Source: Solirubrobacterales bacterium
Lineage (GTDB): Bacteria; Actinomycetota; Thermoleophilia; Solirubrobacterales; 70-9
Direction of reading: 5' to 3'
Assembly (NCBI GenBank): GCA_040881895.1
Contig: JBBECI010000043.1
Coordinates: 9,065 to 73,064, forward strand
DNA length: 64,000 nucleotides
Shown here: positions 44,265 to 52,439 of the stretch, piece by piece
Numbering within the stretch: position 1 is the first letter of the stretch
Layout of the letters: every line of letters starts with the position of its first letter
Program-made: the position numbers and the translations under genes
Notes under the pieces: generated by a model
Told to the model about the DNA's origin: nothing
What the model saw: the letters and a program-made list of their open reading frames with translations, nothing else
The model's database searches: none

Positions 44265-44345
44265 AAGTTCTCCCTGAGTTGAGAGCAGGCGAAAATCCTA
44301 CAGTCCGATCGGAAGTTTCTCCAGCCGGCAAGCACCGGCAAAGGT

Positions 44346-45233
44346 TTACCCCGAGACTTTCCAGACTGATTCTCTCAACTGATCCGCCGCCTCCCCAGGA
44401 TCAGGGGATGTGGCGATCGAGCGGGAGGCGGCCACCAATGCACCAGCGCGGCCGGGAGCAAAAGCCGGACCGAGATCCTCAGGGCTTCCACCCTGAGCGC
44501 CTACCCCCGGAATCAGCAGGATCGCTCGCGGCATGATCGACCTCAGGCGCCCGATGTGCTCGGGCTCAGTCGCACCAACCACTGCGCCCATGCCACTCAG
44601 CCGGCCATCTGCACCAGCCAGCCGGTCGCTGAAACCATTGACCATCGCCGCGAGGCGTTCATGTACCGGCCCCTCGGGGGTTTCCAGATCCTGAATGTCA
44701 GCCGCGCCGGAGTTGCTGGTTCGGACCAGAGCGAAGAGCCCCGAGCCGGCCGCTTCAGCGGAAGCCACCAGCGGCTCGAGTGAGTCAGCACCCAGCATCG
44801 GGTTGGCGGTGAAAGCATCGGCATCAAGGCCGGCCACTGGACCCCACGGCGTCGGCGTCTCGCCAACCATCGCCTGCCCGTAGGCCCGAGCGGAAACGGG
44901 CACATCTCCGCGTTTACCGTCTGCGACGACCAGCAGGCCGGACTCCCGGGCAGCCTCACACACTTTCTCAAGGGCTCGCCAGCCTGGCCAACCAAGCCGT
45001 TCAAAGCAGGCGAGCTGGGGTTTGACCGCGACGCAGTACGGGCCAGCCTGCTGGATCAGCCGCAGGCAATGCTCTTCGATCGCATAACCGGCAGCCTCAG
45101 ATGGGGAAAGACCGACGTCTACCTTGGCGACTACACCTTCGAGGAGCTCGGCCGGATCGGGATCAAGGCCGAGGCAGATCTGACTGCGGCGCTCACTGAC
45201 GAGCGCCGCAGCCCGATCGATAAAGAAACTCAG
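44346..45233 (-). CDS. pyrF: Orotidine 5'-phosphate decarboxylase, type 2 (start probably CTG overlapping the hup stop)
   Basis: The ORF track starts at GTG 44963 (205 aa). The same frame is open upstream and encodes LSFFIDRAAALVSERRSQICLGLDPDP...VAVKPQLACFE...VVADGKRGD, the conserved N-terminal half of type-2 PyrF. There is no ATG/GTG/TTG between stop 45306-45308 and 44963. Confidence 0.75.
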   Translation of the reverse strand: MSFFIDRAAALVSERRSQICLGLDPDPAELLEGVVAKVDVGLSPSEAAGYAIEEHCLRLIQQAGPYCVAVKPQLACFERLGWPGWRALEKVCEAARESGLLVVADGKRGDVPVSARAYGQAMVGETPTPWGPVAGLDADAFTANPMLGADSLEPLVASAEAAGSGLFALVRTSNSGAADIQDLETPEGPVHERLAAMVNGFSDRLAGADGRLSGMGAVVGATEPEHIGRLRSIMPRAILLIPGVGAQGGSPEDLGPAFAPGRAGALVAASRSIATSPDPGEAADQLRESVWKVSG

Positions 45234-45508
45234 CCCTTGACCCTCTTCTTCAGGGCCGAACCTGCCGAGAAGCGCGGGACCTTGCCTCCGGCAATGGTGA
45301 TGCGCTCACCAGTGCGAGGGTTGACGCCCTGCCGCTCGCTACGCAAGGCGACATGGAACTTGCCAAAACCGGTGAAGTTGACTTCGCCACCTTCGGAAAG
45401 CGTGTCGGTGATGGCATCAAGAACCGCTTCTACAGCTTCGGCAGCGGCCTTCTTGCTTTCAATGCGATCGTCGTGAGAAACCTTCTCAAGAAATTCAGCT
45501 TTAGTCAC
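45230..45508 (-). CDS. hup: HU family DNA-binding protein
   Basis: VTKAEFLEKVSHD...FTGFGKFHVALRSERQGVNPRTGERITIAGGKVPRFSAGSALK. GTG at 45508 lies 9 nt after GGAGGA. Confidence 0.9.
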   Translation of the reverse strand: MTKAEFLEKVSHDDRIESKKAAAEAVEAVLDAITDTLSEGGEVNFTGFGKFHVALRSERQGVNPRTGERITIAGGKVPRFSAGSALKKRVKG

Positions 45509-45813
45509 GTCTTCGATCCTCCTCGGAGTTGTGGATTGCGAGAACCGTAACACCGCTTGCGGACGGCAATGGATGCGGGCATATCAGAGCTGATGCCGAT
45601 GAGGGCCGGAGACCTCAAGGCGAGCAAGCGATCAGGTGTGACACCGCGGCCATGATTTCTTCCGAACCAGGATCCTCAGGATGGAGCTCGGTCGCGCCAC
45701 CGTCCCTGTACTGGAGGCGTATGTAAGGCCGACGATGGTGCCTCCGGCGACGCATGAAAGCCGATGCTTCATCAGCGTAGGAGCTGATTTTGTCTGCCAG
45801 GATCCGGTGGGGC

Positions 45814-46227
45814 TTAAGCACCGGAAACCCCTCCGCTGGCTGCTTCCAGCGCGATATCTCGAAGTGACATACGCACATCAAAAGAGGTCAGCGATGCGAG
45901 GACGAACCTCGCGGTAACGGCCACCAGAGCAAAACCCGCCTCCCTTACCATGAAGACCTCGGCATCCTCGGTCGTAATGTGGGAGCTGTCCAGCTCGCCC
46001 GGGCCAGCCTTCTCCAGTGCTTCCAGCAGTTCGACTGCAACCACCCCCCAGCCGTCGTCCCCTGTAGTCGTGGCGAGAACTTCCCCATCTTCGGAGATCA
46101 CGGCGGCGGCCCGCAGTTCAGGCTCGAGCCCGGCCAGGGTGTCGAGGGCCAGTTGAGAGCGTTGGGCCAGCGCCTCAGCGCGGGCGGGACCTCCCGGTCC
46201 GGAGTTGAATTTATCTTTCGGGGGCAC
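45814..46227 (-). CDS. Roadblock/LC7 (MglB-like) domain protein, hypothetical
   Basis: LRAAAVISEDGEVLATT ... EVFMVREAGFALVAVTARFVLASLTSFDVRMSLRDI fits the roadblock/LC7 pattern. The start is uncertain (GTG 46227 or upstream as far as 46296). Confidence 0.5.
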   Translation of the reverse strand: MPPKDKFNSGPGGPARAEALAQRSQLALDTLAGLEPELRAAAVISEDGEVLATTTGDDGWGVVAVELLEALEKAGPGELDSSHITTEDAEVFMVREAGFALVAVTARFVLASLTSFDVRMSLRDIALEAASGGVSGA

Positions 46228-46412
46228 GCTGTAGGAAGATACCGGCCATGACACTCGCAAGAGCCTCCTGGATAGCCGCGGTCGTTTTCTGCGCAATGGC
46301 GTCTACCCTCGCATTCGTCACGGGATACGCCGGCTACGGGATAACCGTGCTCGCCGTCGGTGCCGCTGCCGCAGTGAACCTTCTGCCGGTTTCCGGCGAC
46401 TGACACCAGACG

Positions 46413-47012
46413 TCAGTCTTTCCCACCCTGCGCCGCACGTCGCTCGAACTCTGCTGCCATGGCGCGAGCCGCCCGGCCTCGATGACTTATGCCGTGTTTC
46501 TCGGCTGCGCTGAGCTCGGCCATGGTCCGCTGATCCGCAGCACCGGTTTCATCGGGAACGAAGGCCGGGTCGTAACCGAAGCCACCTGCCCCCCGGGGTG
46601 TCTGGATCAGATTTCCATGACAGGCCCCTTCAAAGGTCAATTCGTAGCCTTCATCGTCAACCCAGGCGATTACGCAGACGTAACGTGCGGTCGTCGGTCC
46701 ACCCGCAGCGGCAAGATCAAGCAGTACCTTCTCGAGATTCTCGGAATCGGTAGCCGACTCTCCCGCGTACCTCGCGGACCTGATCCCGGGCCGCCCCCCC
46801 AGCCCGTCAATTTCGATGCCCGAATCGTCCGCGATCACCGCCTCTCCGGTGGCTTGATGGACGGCCCGTGCCTTGATGAGCGCGTTCGCTGCGAAGGTCA
46901 GTCCGTCCTCGGGTGGCATTTCGATTCCTTCGGGCAGTGGCCTGAGCCCGGCATCCGGCAGGATCTCAAGCAGTTCCTTCAGTTTGTGCCCGTTTTGACT
47001 GGCGAGGATCAA
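46413..47012 (-). CDS. rdgB: Non-canonical purine NTP pyrophosphatase (RdgB/HAM1)
   Basis: ILASQNGHKLKEL, ADDSGIEID, GFGYDPAF, KHGISHRGRA. TTGA junction with rph. Confidence 0.9.
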   Translation of the reverse strand: MILASQNGHKLKELLEILPDAGLRPLPEGIEMPPEDGLTFAANALIKARAVHQATGEAVIADDSGIEIDGLGGRPGIRSARYAGESATDSENLEKVLLDLAAAGGPTTARYVCVIAWVDDEGYELTFEGACHGNLIQTPRGAGGFGYDPAFVPDETGAADQRTMAELSAAEKHGISHRGRAARAMAAEFERRAAQGGKD

Positions 47013-47737
47013 GCGGCGGTTGCTTCGTCCTGAGCGATCCGAAGCTCGCCGATCCCGGCCTCGGCAAGCGAGAGCAGTTCATCCAAAGACGCACGGGACA
47101 GCGGGGTTTGCTCGGCAGTCGCCTGGACTTCGATCAGACCGCCGCCTCCAGTCATGACCACGTTGGCATCAACCTCCGCCGTGGAGTCTTCTGAGTAGTC
47201 GAGATCGCAAACGGCCCGTCCGTCAACCATCCCGACGCTGACAGCAGCCACCTCGGTTGTCAGCGGGAAATCCGTGATGTCACCACTTTCAACCAGCTGA
47301 GAGAGCGCGAGATGAAGTGCGACATAGCCCCCGGTAATGGCAGCACAACGAGTGCCACCGTCAGCCTCAAGCACGTCGCAATCGACGTAGACGCTGCGTT
47401 CGCCGAGCGCCTTGAAATCCACAGCCACCCTGAGTGAGCGGCCGATCAGTCGCTGAATCTCGACAGATCGACCATCCAGCTTGCCCTTGCTGATGTCGCG
47501 TGGCTTTCGGTCACCGGTCGAGGCGGGGAGCATCGAATACTCGGCAGTGACCCATCCGGTGCCCCGTCCCTCCATCCACCTCGGCACTCTGCTCGAGACG
47601 GAGGCAGTGCAGATCACCCGGGTCCCCCCAACGGAAATCAGAGCTGAACCGTCAGCGCTGGAGACGAACCCTGGTTCGATGGAAACGGGGCGGATGGCTG
47701 CGTCGGAACGCTCGTAACTTCTTTTGCTCGCTGTCAT
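47009..47737 (-). CDS. rph: Ribonuclease PH
   Basis: RSDAAIRPVSIE..., GTRVICTAS, GWVTAEYSMLPAST, CDVLEADGGTRCAAITG. The ATG at 47737 is preferred. Confidence 0.9.
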   Translation of the reverse strand: MTASKRSYERSDAAIRPVSIEPGFVSSADGSALISVGGTRVICTASVSSRVPRWMEGRGTGWVTAEYSMLPASTGDRKPRDISKGKLDGRSVEIQRLIGRSLRVAVDFKALGERSVYVDCDVLEADGGTRCAAITGGYVALHLALSQLVESGDITDFPLTTEVAAVSVGMVDGRAVCDLDYSEDSTAEVDANVVMTGGGGLIEVQATAEQTPLSRASLDELLSLAEAGIGELRIAQDEATAA

Positions 47738-47825
47738 GGGCCAGAGTCTTCCAGAGGGAGCCAGGCGCTGCGCCCGACCGTAGCGGGACGGGCCGGACAC
47801 CCGTCCCACTTCGATCGGGTGGACG

Positions 47826-48074
47826 TCACCTGAAGGTAACTTTGTCCACGGCCGACTGAATCTTGTCGACGATCAGCTCGGCTAGTTCGGTGCCCTGTCG
47901 ACCCGAGAACCCTTTCATCGCCGCCAGCATCCCGACCATCAACAGGGAGACGAGCAAAATCAGGCCGACATACTCGACCGTGCCCTGTCCACCGTCTCCT
48001 GCCAGGCGCGAGCGAATCCGGTCGGCCTTTGCGATCCTCGCCGCGTGAAAGCGGCCCATGCTTCTGTAAAACAT
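47826..48074 (-). CDS. Flp/Fap-type (type IVb) pilin-like protein
   Basis: ATG 48074 lies 4 nt after GAGGAGG. A basic leader is followed by G/QGTVEYVGLILLVSLLMVGML, matching the Flp prepilin G-x4-EY processing motif and hydrophobic core. Confidence 0.5.
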   Translation of the reverse strand: MFYRSMGRFHAARIAKADRIRSRLAGDGGQGTVEYVGLILLVSLLMVGMLAAMKGFSGRQGTELAELIVDKIQSAVDKVTFR

Positions 48075-48272
48075 AACTCCTCCTCTTTCGCTTTTGAACA
48101 CAATCCTTGGATGCCTCCAGCAACCGATCCAGACCTGATCGCAACAAGTCCCGAGCCGGGGCGTCATGAATCCCGAAAAGCCATCTCACTCTCCGGCACG
48201 GCGAACCGGAGAAACTCGCCCGCCAGAGCTTCGACGGACGCCGGCTGCCGGGAGAGGCTCTAGGCTCAGGCC

Positions 48273-49223
48273 GTGCGAGTCCTCGTCGTGATGAACTTCG
48301 GGCCCGACCCGGAAACCCCGCAGCGGGGCCGCTGGGTGGTCGATCAGGTCGATGCGTTGCGGTCGGACGGAATCGACGCAGAGCTGTTCACCTTCCAGCC
48401 CGGCAAGGACCAATACCTGCCCGCCACCCGGCGCCTCAGGTCACTGCTAAGGGCTGAGGATTTCGATCTCGTGCATGCTCATTACGGCCTGGCTGGCTGG
48501 TGCGCCCTGGCGGCCGGTGCAAGCCCGCTGGTCGTGACGTTTCACGGCACCGACGTAAGGCACGGGGTGGTCGGGCCAGCCTCACGACTGCTTTCCAAGC
48601 GGATCGCGCTGGGAGCAGGTGCATCCGCGGCGCTGTTCAAAGAGGAGGCGGGGCGGCCTGGTCTACCGTTGATCCCGGGTCGAAACGCCGTCTTGCCATG
48701 CGGTGCAGACCTGTCCCGATTCCGCCCTGGTTCCCGGACCGAGGCCCGGGACAGACTCGGCCTCGATCCCGACCGGCGCTACCTGTTTTTCCCAGCCGAT
48801 CCAGACCGGCCCGAGAAGCGGGTCGACCGGGCACGGGAAGTCGCCGCCAAGGCCGGCGTCGAGCTCCTGACCGGAGGAGGAATCGAGCCAGATCGGATGT
48901 CAACCTGGATGAATGCAGCCGATGCTGTGGTGGTTACATCTGACTACGAAGGCTTTGGTCTGGCTTTTCTGGAAAGCCTTGCCTGTGAAGTGCCGGTCCT
49001 GACGACCCCGGTCGGAATCGCGCCCAGTCTGCTGCGCTCCCTGCCTAACAGCCTTTGCGCTGCGTACGACCTGAATACCTGGTCGTCGTTTGTGGGCAGC
49101 CTGCTCCGAGATCCGGATCCACGAACGCCCGGCAGGGCCCGCGCAGAAGCTTTGTCGGCCGAGCGCATGGCCGTGCGAGTGAGAATTGCGTACGAACAAG
49201 TGCTGGGGCAGGAGCGGCCGTGA
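48273..49223 (+). CDS. Glycosyltransferase family 4
   Basis: MRVLVVMNF..., HAHYGLAG, and the C-terminal EGFGLAFLESLACEVPVLTTPVG (E-x7-E). Confidence 0.8.
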   Translation: MRVLVVMNFGPDPETPQRGRWVVDQVDALRSDGIDAELFTFQPGKDQYLPATRRLRSLLRAEDFDLVHAHYGLAGWCALAAGASPLVVTFHGTDVRHGVVGPASRLLSKRIALGAGASAALFKEEAGRPGLPLIPGRNAVLPCGADLSRFRPGSRTEARDRLGLDPDRRYLFFPADPDRPEKRVDRAREVAAKAGVELLTGGGIEPDRMSTWMNAADAVVVTSDYEGFGLAFLESLACEVPVLTTPVGIAPSLLRSLPNSLCAAYDLNTWSSFVGSLLRDPDPRTPGRARAEALSAERMAVRVRIAYEQVLGQERP

Positions 49224-49263
49224 ATGTTCCTTCCGCCGAGTTCGGTAATGATGGGGAGATCAG

Positions 49264-50673
49264 ATGAGGAAGGGTGCCCTGAAAAAGAAGCAGCGGCAGC
49301 TCGAAGAGCTACACCTCGACCGGTGCGAGGCTCTCGGGGAGCTGATCCTCGGAATGTATGTTCAGGGCAGCTGGGACGAAGACACGATGTCCCGTGGGGC
49401 AGCGGAAGTCCGCGAGGTAGCCGATGAGCTGGATGGGCTGAAGGGGCCCGCTGAGGAGCCGGCAGACAGCGCCGAAGTCGATCTGCCACCGCCCGGCGAG
49501 GACACAGCCGAGCAATCACTTCCCGAAACCGGTGAGTCCGCACGAAGGCGAATAGTTCCCGACCCAGAGACACCCGAGACTTCTGAACACACCCGGGAGC
49601 ACGAAGTCGCCTCTGGGCCGGTTGCCGCAGAGCCTGAATCGAAGAGGTCTGAACCGAAAAAGTCGAGGGCCCGGAAGCGGCCGTCCGGTCCACCCGCGGA
49701 GATTTCCGATTCCAAGCCGCCAGAAGTTGAGGTCCCGAAGGCCGCAACGGCGAAGCCTCAAGAGGCGTCACCTGTTCCAGCGGCAAAAGCCGAGCCGGCC
49801 AAGCCACCGGCCCCACCCTTGCCAGCCAGACCGCCAGTGCCACCGGTGCCGGCCAGACCGCCAGTGCCACCAGTGCCGGCGGCACCACCAGCAGCGCCGG
49901 CCAGGCCGCCGCAGCCAGCGCCGACGTCTCCGGCACAGGCCGAAAGCGAAGAGGCCGCCGCATGGCAGAAGAAGCTGGATGAACTCGACCTCCTCGACGG
50001 CAAGATCGGCAAGAGCGTCTCTGAAGCGCGTACCGCAGCCGAAGCCGCCAAAGCGGCGGCGGCTGCCGACTCGCGAACGGAACTGAGTGCGATCGCCAGA
50101 GAACTCGAGGCGAACCGGACTAACTTGACCTCAACCCTGGCCGCAGCCGGCAAGCGACTCAACGAAGCGAAGAAGCGGGCCGACGACGCCGAGGCAAAGA
50201 TGGCCCGGGAATCGGCCGCGAGCCGCGAGGCCGCGGCCGGCTGGGTACGCGGTCAGGCCGCCGAGATCGAGGCTGATGCCGCCCTCGCTGCCGAGATCGC
50301 GGCAAGCCCCGCAGATACGACGGAAGTCACAGACGCTGCCAAACTGCGCCAGGCCGAACTCGAAGCCCGGATCGGAAGCCTCGAAGCATCGCTTGAAGCC
50401 GAGAAGGCCAGCAAGATAGAAGCCTTGACGATGGCCGAATCGCGCCTGAAGGCGATTGAAGAAAGCGCGCGGGAAGCCGAGAGGCGGGTCGAAGAAGCCG
50501 AAGATTCGCTTGCCGAGGCAGGCACAGCACCGGTAGCGGTGGAAGCTGTTTCCGGCATAGTCACTGAAGCCGAAGCGCGGGAGGCCGCCGTGACCTGGTT
50601 GCGAGGTCAGATTGCCGCAATGCGGAAGGAAATCGTCAAGGGTGGAGACACCGAATCTCAGGGTGGTGCCTGA
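49264..50673 (+). CDS. Hypothetical protein: small N-terminal helical domain, Pro-rich linker, Ala/Glu-rich coiled coil
   Basis: 469 aa with an SD (GGGGAGA) before the ATG. The N-terminal domain is paralogous to the next ORF. Linker: PPAPPLPARPPVPPVPARPPVPPVPAAPPAAPARPPQPAP. The C-terminal half is A/E/K/R-rich with heptad-like character. Confidence 0.7.
   Translation: MRKGALKKKQRQLEELHLDRCEALGELILGMYVQGSWDEDTMSRGAAEVREVADELDGLKGPAEEPADSAEVDLPPPGEDTAEQSLPETGESARRRIVPDPETPETSEHTREHEVASGPVAAEPESKRSEPKKSRARKRPSGPPAEISDSKPPEVEVPKAATAKPQEASPVPAAKAEPAKPPAPPLPARPPVPPVPARPPVPPVPAAPPAAPARPPQPAPTSPAQAESEEAAAWQKKLDELDLLDGKIGKSVSEARTAAEAAKAAAAADSRTELSAIARELEANRTNLTSTLAAAGKRLNEAKKRADDAEAKMARESAASREAAAGWVRGQAAEIEADAALAAEIAASPADTTEVTDAAKLRQAELEARIGSLEASLEAEKASKIEALTMAESRLKAIEESAREAERRVEEAEDSLAEAGTAPVAVEAVSGIVTEAEAREAAVTWLRGQIAAMRKEIVKGGDTESQGGA
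49825..49878 (+). repeat. 2 x 27-nt tandem direct repeat (1 mismatch) inside the Pro-rich linker
   Basis: gccagaccgccagtgccaccggtgccg / gccagaccgccagtgccaccagtgccg, encoding ARPPVPPVP twice. Confidence 0.9.
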
Positions 50674-50972
50674 TGGGCCTTTTCGGAAGCGGCAAACAGA
50701 GCGGACGGGAACGAAGGGCGATGAAGGACCATCTGGTCGAACTCGATGAGTTGCGTCGAACGCAACTGAGGGATCTCGGCGAGATGACCGTCGAGATGGC
50801 CAAGACCGGACGGTTTGACCGGGAACGACTTTCAGATCAGGCTCGCGAACTGGTTGGCATCGATCGGGAATCCGACCTGATCGCTCATGGGCTTGAAGAG
50901 GGCCTGACCCTGGAACAGCTGGAAGACCTGGCCCGCAGTGATGAACGGCCGGCGGCCGATCCCGGCAAGTAG
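50673..50972 (+). CDS. Hypothetical 99-aa protein, paralog of the N-terminal domain of the preceding gene
   Basis: TGATG junction. DLGEMTVEMAKTGRFDRERLSDQARELVGIDRESDLI aligns with ALGELILGMYVQGSWDEDTMSRGAAEVREVADELDGL of the upstream protein. Confidence 0.6.
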   Translation: MGLFGSGKQSGRERRAMKDHLVELDELRRTQLRDLGEMTVEMAKTGRFDRERLSDQARELVGIDRESDLIAHGLEEGLTLEQLEDLARSDERPAADPGK

Positions 50973-50975
50973 TCC

Positions 50976-52439
50976 TTGACGGATCGCGCGCCAGCCAACC
51001 AGAACGGACCTTTCGATCTGGCCGTCATAGGGGCAGGTGCGGCAGGTCTCTGGTCGGCGATCCGAGCTGCCGAAATGGGTGGCAAGGTCTGCCTGATATC
51101 TCGCAAGCCACTTGCGGAAAGCGCGAGCTTCTGGGCTCAGGGTGGCCTGGCAGCAGCGCTCGACCCCGAAGACTCGCCCGCCGTGCACGCCACAGACACA
51201 ATCGCTGCCGGCCGGAACCTCTGCCGCACCGAAGCCGTCAGGATCCTGACCGATTCCGCACCGGCCGTGGTCGCCGATCTGATCGATCGGGGGCTGAAGT
51301 TCGACCGGGATAACGACGGAACCCTGGAGCTCGCACTCGAAGGTGGACACAGCCACCGCAGAATCATCCACGCTGGTGGCAGCCAGACGGGTCGTGAGAT
51401 AACCGTTGCTCTGGCCCGAATCGTGGCTGGCCAACCGGGTATAACGGTGCTCGAGGAAACCTCGGCGGTAGCGCTTTGGAGTGATGGGTCTCGCTGCCAC
51501 GGGATCCTGACCGATCGTGGTCAGATAGCGTCTGCCGCAACTCTGCTGGCCACCGGTGGTGCTGCTGCATTGTGGCGACGAACCTCCAATCCCTGGGGCG
51601 CAATCGGTGCTGGTGGGGTACTGGCTTCCGCCGCCGGGGCAGACCTCGCCGACCTCGAGTTCTGTCAGTTCCATCCGACCTGCCTTTCTGCCCCCGGGAC
51701 TAACGCCGACGGTGCCTTGATCACTGAGGCCATACGTGGCGAAGGCGCGACCCTTCTCGACTCGGAGGGCAATCGGTTCACCGATGAGCTTGCGCCTCGC
51801 GATGACGTCACCGCTGCCATCCTTGAACAGACTGAGAGGCAGGCCGGGGAATCGGTCAGCCTTGATCTGACCGGAATCGAAGCCGAAAGGTTTCCGAGCG
51901 TGTTCCGAATGCTGGAGGAAGCCGGCTTCGACCCGCGCAACGTACCTGTTCCAGTATCCCCCGGGGCGCATTACGTTATGGGTGGCGTCGAGGTCGACCT
52001 GGATGGTCGTTCCTCCCTTCCTGGTCTCTACGCCGCCGGTGAATGCGCCTGCACAGGAGTTCACGGGGCAAACAGACTGGCCTCAAACTCCCTGACCGAA
52101 TGCTTCGTATTCGGCCAGCGAGCTGCGATGGCGGGCATGGAAGAGACCCCGGCCAAGAGGCCGCCCTCCCCGCCGGACTGGCGGTTCGACCCTCCTACCC
52201 CGACCACTCGGGAAGCCGTATGGCGCCTGGCGGGACCGATGCGGCAGCAGTCCCGGCTCGAGCATCTCGCTGAAGACGACTACCCGCTGGCCCGGGCGAT
52301 AGGGGCCGTCGCGCTGGCCAGGCAGGAGTCTCGTGGCGGCCACCGCAGGTCGGACTTTCCGGTGACCGACCCGTCGATGGACAGCGTCCATTTGATCTAC
52401 CGCTCCGACGGTTCAATCGAGAAGCAACGGTGGCCCTGA
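50976..52439 (+). CDS. nadB: L-aspartate oxidase
   Basis: FDLAVIGAGAAGLW FAD motif, AQGGLAAAL, HSHRRIIHAGG, GLYAAGECACTGVHGANRLASNSL. Confidence 0.9.
   Translation: MTDRAPANQNGPFDLAVIGAGAAGLWSAIRAAEMGGKVCLISRKPLAESASFWAQGGLAAALDPEDSPAVHATDTIAAGRNLCRTEAVRILTDSAPAVVADLIDRGLKFDRDNDGTLELALEGGHSHRRIIHAGGSQTGREITVALARIVAGQPGITVLEETSAVALWSDGSRCHGILTDRGQIASAATLLATGGAAALWRRTSNPWGAIGAGGVLASAAGADLADLEFCQFHPTCLSAPGTNADGALITEAIRGEGATLLDSEGNRFTDELAPRDDVTAAILEQTERQAGESVSLDLTGIEAERFPSVFRMLEEAGFDPRNVPVPVSPGAHYVMGGVEVDLDGRSSLPGLYAAGECACTGVHGANRLASNSLTECFVFGQRAAMAGMEETPAKRPPSPPDWRFDPPTPTTREAVWRLAGPMRQQSRLEHLAEDDYPLARAIGAVALARQESRGGHRRSDFPVTDPSMDSVHLIYRSDGSIEKQRWP

Noticed and set aside
45554-45813. 260-nt spacer upstream of hup as a candidate ncRNA
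   Set aside because: Only short, weak palindromes are present (for example atcagc-gtagga-gctgat). No terminator-like end or recognisable motif was found. It is most simply the hup promoter/5' UTR region.
48944-49963. 339-aa minus-strand ORF rich in Pro/Arg/Ala
   Set aside because: It lies antisense to the glycosyltransferase 3' end and to the Pro-rich/coiled-coil gene. It mirrors the low-complexity sense sequence and has no start context or motifs.
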